A stretch of DNA of 63,305 nt, the filler included, from Octopus bimaculoides (taxonomy: Eukaryota), in NCBI RefSeq assembly GCF_001194135.2. It is 5 parts of 4 records of this genome, joined end to end, with 100 filler letters (N's around TTAATTAATTAA, not from the genome) between each part and the next. Parts side by side here need not be neighbours in the genome. Positions count along the whole stretch, not along the records: positions 28,106 to 40,525 come from NC_068997.1; positions 40,626 to 56,086 come from NC_068982.1; 3 more parts are not named here. One strand, 5' to 3'. The position numbers and the translations under genes were made by a program. The notes under the pieces are model-generated. The model made no database searches. It saw nothing but the letters and a program-made list of their open reading frames with translations, and was not told the origin of the DNA. Below, piece by piece: positions 36,618-48,205 of this stretch (positions are counted from its first letter, which is position 1; every line of letters begins with the position of its first letter).

Positions 36618-36869
36618 GGAGGCGCGTGGCTTAGTGGTTAGGGTGTCAGCATCATGATCGTAAGATTGTGGTTTCGATTCCTGGAACAGGCGACGCGTTG
36701 TGTTCTTGAGCAAAACACTTCATTTCACGTTACTCCAGTCCACTCAGCTGGCAAAAATGAGTAACGCTACGATGGACTGACGTCCCGTCCAGCTGGGGAA
36801 CACATACGCCATTGAAACCGGGAAACCGGGCACATGAGCCTGGCTAGGCTTTAAAAAGGGCGCATTTAT
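36618..36869 (+). mobile_element. Full-length tRNA-derived SINE, family D (252 bp)
   Basis: A box TGGCTTAGTGG, B box GGTTTCGATTCC; 15-bp TSD TATATATTATAGAGT at 36603-36617 and 36870-36884. Confidence 0.9.
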
Positions 36870-37284
36870 TATATATTATAGAGTCTATTGAGACAAAAAA
36901 TCTTAATGTAAGAATCAGTGAGGAATCTGGAACCTACACTATATTACTAAAATAAGCAACAACGTACAATGGTAACCAGCAGAGTGGGTTCTGAAAGCAT
37001 TTAGAATAAGATGAATTTATGATAGTTGTAAAGGAAAACACTTGTTCATAGTCGTATAGATTGCTGCTCCTATCTGTGACTTGCTGATTACAAAACTCAG
37101 TTCAGATTTGAAGCTAAATCTCAACTGTGTAATTTCCTGGACAATTAATTGTGAAGTATCAACAAAAGATGCAGATGCGGACCGCAGCGTTATAGATCTT
37201 CGATAACCAAAAAATAAGACAAAGGATGCAAAAGAATTGGTGGCCTTTCTCCAGATGATTCGAATCGGTTTGAAAATTTGTCTA

Positions 37285-37346
<62 letters not shown>

Positions 37347-38328
37347 NNNNNNNNNNNNNNNNNNNNNNNNNNNNNNNNNNNNNNNNNNNNNNNNNNNNNN
37401 NNNNNNNNNNNNNNNNNNNNNNNNNNNNNNNNNNNNNNNNNNNNNNNNNNNNNNNNNNNNNNNNNNNNNNNNNNNNNNNNNNNNNNNNNNNNNNNNNNNN
37501 NNNNNNNNNNNNNNNNNNNNNNNNNNNNNNNNNNNNNNNNNNNNNNNNNNNNNNNNNNNNNNNNNNNNNNNNNNNNNNNNNNNNNNNNNNNNNNNNNNNN
37601 NNNNNNNNNNNNNNNNNNNNNNNNNNNNNNNNNNNNNNNNNNNNNNNNNNNNNNNNNNNNNNNNNNNNNNNNNNNNNNNNNNNNNNNNNNNNNNNNNNNN
37701 NNNNNNNNNNNNNNNNNNNNNNNNNNNNNNNNNNNNNNNNNNNNNNNNNNNNNNNNNNNNNNNNNNNNNNNNNNNNNNNNNNNNNNNNNNNNNNNNNNNN
37801 NNNNNNNNNNNNNNNNNNNNNNNNNNNNNNNNNNNNNNNNNNNNNNNNNNNNNNNNNNNNNNNNNNNNNNNNNNNNNNNNNNNNNNNNNNNNNNNNNNNN
37901 NNNNNNNNNNNNNNNNNNNNNNNNNNNNNNNNNNNNNNNNNNNNNNNNNNNNNNNNNNNNNNNNNNNNNNNNNNNNNNNNNNNNNNNNNNNNNNNNNNNN
38001 NNNNNNNNNNNNNNNNNNNNNNNNNNNNNNNNNNNNNNNNNNNNNNNNNNNNNNNNNNNNNNNNNNNNNNNNNNNNNNNNNNNNNNNNNNNNNNNNNNNN
38101 NNNNNNNNNNNNNNNNNNNNNNNNNNNNNNNNNNNNNNNNNNNNNNNNNNNNNNNNNNNNNNNNNNNNNNNNNNNNNNNNNNNNNNNNNNNNNNNNNNNN
38201 NNNNNNNNNNNNNNNNNNNNNNNNNNNNNNNNNNNNNNNNNNNNNNNNNNNNNNNNNNNNNNNNNNNNNNNNNNNNNNNNNNNNNNNNNNNNNNNNNNNN
38301 NNNNNNNNNNNNNNNNNNNNNNNNNNNN

Positions 38329-38585
38329 GTGGTGGTGGTGGTTGTGGTGGTGGTGGTAGTGGCGGTGTTGGTGGTATTTGTGGTGGTGGCGATGATGGTG
38401 GTGACGGTGGCGATGGTGATGGTGGTAGTGGTGGTGATGGTGATGGTAGTAGTAGTAATGGTTGTTGTGATATTGGTGGTTATTGTAGTTGTAGTAGTAG
38501 TAGCAGTGGTGGTAGTGGCATTGGTGGTGGTGATGGTAGCAGTAGTTATAGCAGTAGTGGCAGCAGCAGCAGCAGCAGCAGTAGC

Positions 38586-38631
<46 letters not shown>

Positions 38632-38900
38632 ATGGTAGTAGTGGTAGTAACAGTGCTGGGAGTGCTGGTGGTAGTATTAATGGTGGTGCTAATAGTAGTA
38701 GCGGCAGAGGCATTATTATCATCATCATCATCATTAATCGTTATCATCATCAATCGTCATCATTATCATCATCATCATCATCACCATCATCACCATCACC
38801 ATCATCATCAATCATGAATCATCAATCATCATTATCATCAATCCTCATCAATCATCATCATCATCATCATCACCATCATGAGTATTATTATTATTAGTAG
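38329..38900. repeat. Compound trinucleotide array (GGT/GAT, AGT, AGC, ATC/ACC, ATT)
   Basis: Direct reading; this is the source of the poly-T, poly-G, poly-S and poly-H pseudo-ORFs. Confidence 0.9.
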
Positions 38901-39188
38901 TAGTATTGGTGGTCGGTGCTTGTTTGTGTTTGCTCATGATGTGTTGCTAAACCTGATCCAGCCGACCTGGGATCAAAGAAATAGCAGCCGTTCACACATC
39001 TTCCTTTTTCATGGTATTTTACTGTTGTTTCTTCTTGTATTTGTTTCAGTCGTCTGAACTGCGGCCATACTGGGGCATCTCATTGAAGTGTTTAGTGGGG
39101 GATGTAAACACACCGTGTTGTGGGGGATGTAAACACACTAACACCGCTTGTCAAGCAGTGTAGGGGGTAAAAAAAAAANNNNNNNNNN

Positions 39189-39266
39189 TCAAAGTCCTTC
39201 GAGGCGAAAAACCCCTTCACTGAAGCTTCCATCTCCTCATGTTGATGAAGCGCCGCGTGTGCAGGA

Positions 39267-39268
<2 letters not shown>
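39189..39268 (-). mobile_element. Mariner transposase C-terminal scrap
   Basis: EEMEASVKGFFASKD. Confidence 0.4.
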
Positions 39269-39301
<33 letters not shown>

Positions 39302-40180
39302 GGACGTACCGCCTGGGTAGGAAAGGTAGGCAGTGCCTACCCTAAATAAAATCGATCGATAGTAACATTTTCCTTTTATGGCGATATATGCACCCAATTC
39401 AATAAAATTATGAAGAATCCTCTGATTATTATGCATAAAAAGCAAAATATATTTTCTTATAGATTAGGTTGGCATAGTTCACCCTTGCCTTTCAATTTAA
39501 GCAATAAAATTACATATAGTACTGCTGTAGTATATGTGCTGTGTACATTCTTACAACAACGTTTTCTTTACGCGCTATAAAGGCAGAAGTAATTCTGCCT
39601 CCAACTCAGTCGTACGCCTGTATTTCGCTTATTTTTTTGTGTGTTTTACTACATGAACGTCACTAACTGCCTGCCCTGAGTAATTACTGACAGAACGTTC
39701 CTGATATATATTATATATTCTTTTACGTGTTTCAGTCACTGGGTTGCAACCATACTGGGGCACTGCTTTGAAAGGTTTAGTCCGACAGATCTTGCTGTCT
39801 GTTATTTTTTTAGCCTGGTACTTACTTTATCGTTCTCCTTTACCATACTGCCGGGGCCACGGCGACATAAACAAACCAACACCAGTTGTCAAATGGTAGT
39901 AGGGGACAAACACAAACATACCAGACGAAGAACACATGTGGAGCACAAAATTCACTACAGCTGTTTCGGCAGCGTTTTATTGATGCATTCTCGGATGCAC
40001 ACGTATTTACATACTTACGACGTAATGACAACTAGGAATTGTTTTCTAGCACTATATGCTGAATAGTACGTACCCAGCCATCCTTGACGCCCTACATGTT
40101 GATATATCTAGACTCTAATGAACCTGCAATGGCTCACACACCCGTCTGTCTCTCTCTCTACACACACACACACACACACA

Positions 40181-40300
40181 CACGAGGGGTGTATGAAAAG
40201 TCTTGAGCCTCAGAAAATGCAAAACATGGTACAAAACTTCTGATGAAGGTAAAGGCCTTTAAGGCCTTGAAGGCTCAAAACTTTTCATACACTCCTCGTG
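40181..40300. mobile_element. Mariner-derived MITE (120 bp)
   Basis: 30-bp TIRs CACGAGGGGTGTATGAAAAGTCTTGAGCCT / AGGCTCAAAACTTTTCATACACTCCTCGTG; TA on the right and TA+(CA)n on the left. Confidence 0.88.
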
Positions 40301-41159
40301 TAACGCCTAGTTTAGAATAGAGTCAGCTGACGAAGGAAAAGTTCCATAAGTGGCTCGTCTGTTTTCCTATGTGTTCATTCTGTTGTCTGTAAACAAAGTC
40401 CGTTTTTGTGCTTTATGTTCCCGTTCCTTTTCTGACGTCCTGTACCCGGATATGCATCTATATATACATGTAGATGTAGGTATGGACATATATGTATCTA
40501 TACATGCATATGCTGATATATTATTNNNNNNNNNNNNNNNNNNNNNNNNNNNNNNNNNNNNNNNNNNNNTTAATTAATTAANNNNNNNNNNNNNNNNNNN
40601 NNNNNNNNNNNNNNNNNNNNNNNNNGTTAAAATTTTTGTCTAGAATCAATTACTATGACCCTGCTATGTCAAGATGGACTTATATATTCTTCCTCACATT
40701 TGGATTTTATGTATGCTCTCTCCCACTTGGTTTTAATATGTTGCCACATTTGTAATTTGTAATATGTCTTTTTCTGCATTTTTCGTGCAGCTGAAGATTG
40801 CTCTTCATATTGCATTTAAGGTAATGCTCACATTACTTAAATAAATTGAAGTAGCATGAAACGTGCGTACTGCAATCACTTTTGAAATCCGTGTTGCTTA
40901 TTGTTTGATTTTAATCACCCATCCTTTTGGGATGCGATATTCGGGTGCCTTCGCATAAGTACCATATTCAAACCTTGAATCTATATATATGCATATATAT
41001 ATACACATCTATATGCATATATGTATACACATATATATATATGCATATATGTATGGTATGTATATAATCCAAAAACGAAATATATATATATATATATATA
41101 GATATATACATACACACACATACATATATATATACACACATACACATGTATATATGTAT

Positions 41160-41223
<64 letters not shown>

Positions 41224-41581
41224 CATTATCATTTATGTCCACTTTTCCATGCTTGCGTGAGTTGGACAAAATTTGTTGAGACCCTTTTTGAGCATCCTGA
41301 CCTGTTACAAAGCAAGGTAATATTTTCCCATAGCCAGCCATGTTTTTCACAGAAGACTGGAAATAAACACCATCACTTGCATGATGATGAGATTTGTTTA
41401 CAATACTCGCCTGATATCAAGACAAGGGTACACACAAATTTCTTGACTGTAAAGATGAGTTGGCCATCATCTAAATACCAGTAGACCCATTATTTGATCA
41501 GTTTTCTCAACTTCCTTGTGATTTGCATAACTGTTTGAACAATGTATAAGTTCAGAAAAGATTGACTTCAAAAAAGCTTAC

Positions 41582-41779
41582 CTGGCTCAAATTTTATAAT
41601 TGAGACATTACTGTTGGGTCTTTCATAAAAATCCATCATCATAAGTGCTGTTCCCTGTCGTGTGTAACATCGGATTGTTGAGGCGTGACTAATATCCCCA
41701 CTGCGAACAATTGAGGCAGTTACAATGTTTTCATTTTCATCAACAATTATTTCTGCTTGTTTGAATTGCATTGTGGGTA
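41582..41779 (-). CDS. FREM2: FREM2/ECM3-like protein, Calx-beta exon (198 nt, phase 1 to 1)
   Basis: PTMQFKQAEIIVDENE...RSGDISHASTIRCYTRQGTALMMMDFYERPNSNVSIIKFEP resembles FREM2 (MQF...[34 protein letters not shown]) as I recall it; CAG| and |GTAAGC sites. Confidence 0.85.
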
Positions 41780-42465
41780 CTGAAGAGAAAAGAAAGACAT
41801 ATTAAGATGAAATAACTGTTAATTTTTTAAAAAAAGATGAAATTTTTAATTTTTAAACAAAAGTTATGAGTAATAAAAGTTTATAGTCATTTTGTTACCA
41901 CAATGATTTCTACAACTTTTATTTTCAGGAAAATTTATTTCTCATTTAAGTAGGAGGTCATTAATTTATAAAAGAAATAATGAGATGGTGCGATGTCCGT
42001 GCAGTTCCTAAGACAATCAACAGAAATTCCAAAAAGCTGTCAAAGCTCTGAATGACTCAAGCCATTTGGGGCTTTGATGCTTGTTTCAGGAATTCTTTTC
42101 AATAGGTAGAATTTCAATATAATAAATTTTCTGCCTATTGAATGAAGTAATCTACTGAATCAATTTCAATGTGCTGCTGACACTTATTTCATCCACCTAA
42201 AACTGATAGAAATAGCAGTCATGTCTCCCAGAAATCATTATCCCCTGTTTTAAATAATGAAAGTGACATTCCTACAAACCCTGTGCCTGAAATATAGATG
42301 TAATGGTCATAGCTTGAATGCCACTGGTTATTAGTGTGCTCAACAAGAAATGCTTGGGGCAGATGAATCTCAATATTAATGGTAAATAAATGTGATACTT
42401 CTGACTAAATATGGTAGTTGACTATTTCACCATCAACCATTATGGCATCTGATAACAATCTAAAG

Positions 42466-42722
42466 CAGTGGTTCTCGACCAAGGTCCATATGGCCCTTAG
42501 GGGTTCATATAATATTTTGTTGTTAAAATTTATGTAAAATAAATTGGATATACTTCTACAATACACAAAACATTTTATCAATCTTTTTAATACAATTCCT
42601 AATAATATTTAATTCTAAAAATATAATGGGACTTTTTTTAAACATTGAATGGCTATGAGGGTTCCCCCAAGTAAAATAGGAATCAAAGGGGTCCATAGGT
42701 AAAAAATGGTTGAGAACTACCA
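42466..42722. mobile_element. hAT-Charlie-type MITE
   Basis: TIR CAGTGGTTCTCGACC / GGTTGAGAACTACCA (degenerate); perfect 8-bp TSD ATCTAAAG. Confidence 0.82.
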
Positions 42723-43015
42723 ATCTAAAGTATACAAAGGCAGAAACTATGAAATGATTTAATTAGAGTTGGAGATTCTTTGATTACAGAGTAGGAGTAA
42801 GTCCAGATAAATCATATACTATGATAAGGACATATTTGATAGTCTGTATTATTGTTACAACTGAATTTGGTATTTACTTTTAATAAAATAGTGAAGCAGT
42901 TGTGGGCATGCTTCCTCCTTTCCAGATTAACAAAGGAATGAAAATGTATAGTTATTAAAAATATATGTTAATTTTACATGTGTTAACCAAGGTAACTGAA
43001 CAAAATGTTACTTAC

Positions 43016-43225
43016 AGTCTGAAATAGAATCGTTTATAGCTATTATTGAAGAGCTTGGGTCTCCAAGAATGGCACCCATCGGCATGTAGAGAGATAATTC
43101 AAATGCTTCCATTCCCTCAACCAATGGCTTGCCTTTGTCATCTAAAATTGTCACCTGCACTTTCTGATAAGTGACACCTGGTGGGAAGGTGAGCACTTTA
43201 TCAACTGTGATATAGTCAACACCAG
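43016..43225 (-). CDS. FREM2: FREM2/ECM3-like protein, Calx-beta exon (210 nt, phase 1 to 1)
   Basis: AGVDYITVDKVLTFPPGVTYQKVQVTILDDKGKPLVEGMEAFEL.LYMPMGAILGDPS...INDSISD; in frame with exon 41582-41779; CAG| and |GTAAGT sites. Confidence 0.87.
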
Positions 43226-44149
43226 CTGTAAATAAAAATAAAATAAAATAAAATAAAATAGAATATGTAACTTTAAAGAAAATATTAGCAACAGAAACAG
43301 ACATGACTTCTATAATAATAAACATGAAACTGTCTGTCTGAGTCTCCTGTATGTAGAGCAAGTCTACACTTGCTCTACATAGACATATTATAGCTTTTTG
43401 GAATTAGGAATATCTCAGGATTGAAGATCTACCCTTGATTTGGTTCTTGAACATCCAACATTGGGATCTTATTTAAAAGCATTTGGGCTGCTATTTCTAG
43501 CAGGTACAGCTTGGCTGATTCACACCATCTTGGCTGGCATTTATCAGATGATTTCAGAAACCAAGGGATAGATAAATGACATTTGCTTCATTAGTTTTAC
43601 ATCGAGATAAGAACTTTGGGACAAATTGGCCAACAGGTGGAATTCAACTTAGGACTGGAACAATAGAATGATTGCATTACAGAATTAATTCTCATCTGTC
43701 CTTAACTTCTGCTCAAACACCACTGGGGCATATAGTCATTATAGATGTATTATAGTTATGCTATTTAGCTCTTTTTAATTTTGGGCTGCAGGCCCACTTA
43801 GCCCTCTACAGGAAGTAGATTAAAAGTCCACATGGATTGTGGTTTTTAAGCTAGTTTACATATAAAATAAAATAAATATAATGTACAAGAAATAAAAATA
43901 TTCTAAACTTATCAAATTATTTCTGTGTAATTGTTAGTAAGCCAAGAGAAACATGTGATTGTGAATAAATAAGAAACATAGTGTTTCAATGTACTTCAGT
44001 TTCAACAAGATACTTTCATCAAAATTAGTGACGTATATTGTTGAGTTCTGCTTGTTTAGCAAGGAATCTGACATGCTTTCATGAATTAGGACCAAACCAA
44101 TTGCATTTTGATAGAGTCATTGTAGCTATCAAAAGTACATATGCTTCAC

Positions 44150-44785
44150 CATCTCATTCCATGTCTTCCTGTGGAAGAGGTAGACCCAGGAAGACATAGG
44201 ATGAGATGGTGAAGTATGATTTTCAAATGCTGGGCCTCATGGAGGTAATGATTTGTGACCAAGGCATTTGGCAATATGCCATGCTTGAAAAGACCCATCA
44301 AGCAAAGTGAAATCATAGTTGTGGCCGTTGTCAGTGTCACATAAGAGGCACCCATGTGGGTGACGCATAAAAAGCACCTTTTGAGTGTTGAGCTTCACAG
44401 AGGCAATGTGGCTGATACTGGTGTTGTAGAACTAGCAACCGTGCTGGTGGCATGCAAAAGGCATCTCCTGAGTGCTGGGCCTCATGGAGGCAATGACAAA
44501 TGATGGGACCTTTGGCAATATGCTGTGTTTGAGAAGGAAAATCCATCAAGCTGAGTAAAATTGTAGTCACAACAGATACTGGTATGTAAAAGCACCCATT
44601 ACAGTGGCATGTAAAAGCACCCGTTACACTCTTGGGGTGGTTGACATTATGAAGGGTATCCAGCTGTAGAAACCAAACCAAATCACACTGGAATCTGGTG
44701 CAGCCTCTCAGCTTACCAGCTCTTGTCAAACCATCCAACCCATACAAACATGAACAGCGGATGTTAAATGATGATGATGATGATG
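44150..44785 (+). mobile_element. Family C repeat (RTE-like 3' end with (GAT)n tail); further copies at 45090-45300 and 45780-45950
   Basis: AAGGGCATCCAGCTGTAGAAAC...CCAACCCATGC...GTTAAATGATGATG. Confidence 0.7.
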
Positions 44786-45985
44786 TACTGTTATAATCAC
44801 TCTTATTTTATCATATACTTTATAGTAATAATATCTTTAGGTATCATATTAATCAATACTGTATTTTGGAGTACAATATCAACAGCCAGGTCTTAGATGT
44901 TTGACTGAATACTTTGATTCCTAATGATATATCATTTGGTACCCAAGTCATTGATAGTTTACAATAAAGTTAGAGTATCAACAATAAGATATTACATACA
45001 TGACAAAGACTACCTAATAATACTTACCATTAGGTATGAAACCACTGATATTTACAGTGGAGTATCCTATGTATCGTGGCTACTCAAGAAGACCCATCTA
45101 CCACAGCAGTATTGGCACTGGTGCCACATAAAAAGTACCTAGTACACTCTGTGGAGTGGTTGGCATTAGGAAGGGCATCCAGCCATAGAAACCATACCAG
45201 AACAGACAATGGAGCCTCACCAGCTCTACTCAAACTGTCCAACCCATGCCAGCATAGAAAACAGACACTAAATGATGATGATGATGATGATGATGATAAT
45301 GAATAGACCACTTACACTCCTTTTTCACCCTCCCCACCAGTACTGCCTATTGTCATCTCATGTTACTCTGTTAGCCATACTTTTGCTCCTTTCCTCTCAC
45401 ATGTCCTAGACCTCAGTCATCATCCTGTCTCCTGAGTCACAGACATTGACATCCATCTCAGTCACTCTCTCTTGAATAAAGTACTTGTCCCATAATATTG
45501 AGTATTCCTATGATGCTCTATGACACATCCCTCTCAACATCATCATTCAAGCCTTTATCACGTATACATCTTATTCTGTTTAAAGAGGCTGGTTGACAAG
45601 TAGAGATGTAGGATTGTCAAATTGCTTTAGTTGTGTTGAAAAAATGGCTACTTCTCTAATTCTGGTGTCACAAAATAATGCAAGTGGATACACAATTTAA
45701 AGTGTGAGGTTGTGAGAGCCTTTTAGTTTTGTTGGGGAGATAATAACTCTCTAGTAAGAGTGCCATGAAAAAAATGTTTCTGATACACTCTCTAAGGTAA
45801 CAGGTGTTAGGAAGAGCATCCAGTTATAGAGACCAAGTCAAACATTAAACACAAGCATGATGAGACCTTCCAACACATGCTGAGTTCAACATAGAAATTG
45901 GATGTAAAACAACGATGATGATGATGATGATGATGGTGATGATGATGTACAGCAAAATAGAATATCACTGGCAGAAGACTTTTGT

Positions 45986-46032
<47 letters not shown>

Positions 46033-46951
46033 TATTTTTACAAAATAACAAAAACAATAAAATTGAATATAACAAAGCATTATCTTTAAAGGCTACAATG
46101 AATCTACAATGATACAACATTTGAAATATAATAAAAGCATTAATTCAAAAGAAATCAGTAACTATTCTGTTAGAATTTACCAAAAACATGGAAGATAGTG
46201 TTTTGTGTAAAGAACAAATGAAATAACTAATGTTTTGAAAAAATATATTTTGCTTGAGTATTCAGCTCAAATTATTTCTGAAAACCTCTTTAATATTTTT
46301 CAATTGATAAAAAGATTTGTTTTCTGTTATGGAAGAGCTGTGGACACCGGAATTAATTTTGGTATTTTCTCTTTTCTCTTTTATTTGTTTCAGTTATCAG
46401 ACTGCAGCCATGCTGGGGCACTTCCTTGAAGAATTTTAGACAAAGTTATCGACCCCAGTTCTTTTTTTTTTTTTTTTTTTTTTTGTGAAACCTGGTACTT
46501 ATTCTATTGAACTATTTTTGTTGAATTGCTAAGTTATGGGGGCATGAACACTAGTTGTCAAGCAGTGGTTGGGGGGAAGGGCAAACACATACACAAAGAC
46601 ACACACATACATACACACATACACACACGTGTGTGTGTGGGTGTGTGTGTGTGTGTATATTCAGCCTCTTTCCTCCAGCCATTTCATCATGTTGAACCCA
46701 TTAAGCCCTACACATTATTTTTCTCTCTCCATTTTCCCTCTTAATCCTTTGTTGAAGAGCATAAACTCAAAAACACAAGACTTCTTCCCAAGTGTTAAAT
46801 TAATACACCTGCTTGTTNNNNNNNNNNNNNNNNNNNNNNNNNNNNNNNNNNNNNNNNNNNNNNNNNNNNNNNNNNNNNNNNNNNNNNNTATATATATATA
46901 CTTTAATTATATATATATACTTTATTTATATATATACATACATACTTTATT

Positions 46952-47011
<60 letters not shown>

Positions 47012-47269
47012 CTTTATTTAAAAGCAGCAGAAATATAACAAAAGACTGTTACTTGGAGTTTCATGTTCTCGTTCATTGGACAGTTTGTTGCACATTTATG
47101 TGCTTACTCCGGTATATATATATATATATATATATATTGTGATGGCACCTGTGCCCAGCGTCGCCTTCCTGGCACTTGTGCCGGTGGCACGTGTAAAGAC
47201 ATTCGAGTGAGATTGTTGCCAGTGCCGCTGGACTGGCTCTTGTATATATATATATATCTATATATATGA

Positions 47270-47410
47270 TGGGCTTGTTTCAGTTTCTGTCTACCAAATC
47301 CACTCACAACGCTTTGATCACTCCAAGGTGTTTCCCCAAGGTGCCATGCAGTGGGACTGAACCCAGAACCATGTAGTCGGAAAGCAAACATCTTACCACA
47401 CAGCCATACC
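47270..47410 (-). mobile_element. SINE-like family B head, reverse; other reverse pieces near 27760-27930, 39730-39910, 46390-46580 and 51245-51410
   Basis: TTCAGTTTCTGTCTACCAAATCCACTCACA...GTGGGACTGAACCC. Confidence 0.78.
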
Positions 47411-47698
47411 TGGTATTTATTTTATATTTCTATTAACTTGGGGTAGATCAGAGATAGAAGTCTTTCTCAATGAGATTTGAGCCTCAAACTAAGTGGGGAA
47501 ATTTGAATTGAGCATTACTTGAGGATGGTTATTATCCATTTTCTTTCCAAGCAAGATAATTATTACTCACAATGGCTAGACATGTTTCCACAGAAGAATG
47601 GAAATGTTCAACATCACTTGTCTGAAGGTGGTTCTTGTTTACATTTATTGTGAAACGTCAAGACAGGGAAACATAAGAACACACACGCACGCGCGCGC

Positions 47699-47731
<33 letters not shown>

Positions 47732-47842
47732 TGCGCACATATACTTTTCTAAGTTGTTATTTGAAATTTTATTTCAAATTTTGTTAAAATTTAGAACATC
47801 TGTCATAACAACTGGAATACTTCCTTATACAGCGAAAGCGAA

Positions 47843-48205
47843 ATTGTGATGGCACCTGTGCCCAGCGTCGCCTTCCTGGCACTTGTGCCGGTGGCACGTG
47901 TAAAGACATTCGAGTGAGATTGTTGCCAGTGCCGCTGGACTGGCTCTTGTGCGGGTGGCATGTAAAATACACCATTTTGAGCGTGGCCGTTGCCAGTACC
48001 ACCTGACTGGCCTTCGTGCCGGTAGCATGTAAAAGCATCCACTACACTCTCGGAATGGTTGGCGTTAGGAAGGGCATCCAGCTGTAGAAACTCTGCCAAA
48101 TCAGATTGGAGCCTGGTGTAGCCATCCGGTTCACCAGTCCTCAGTCAAATTGTCCAACCCATGCTAGCATGGAAAGTTTGATGTTAAACGATGATGGTGA
48201 TAATG
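47843..48205 (+). mobile_element. Family C repeat, relatively intact copy
   Basis: Same 3' motifs as 44150-44785; its first 108 bp are identical to 47136-47243. Confidence 0.8.

Noticed and set aside
36618-36690. tRNA gene
   Set aside because: A and B boxes are present, but the sequence continues into a SINE body and is bounded by a TSD.
39299-39620. Possible hAT MITE (CAGGGACGTACC...CGTACGCCTG)
   Set aside because: The TIR match is poor and there is no TSD.
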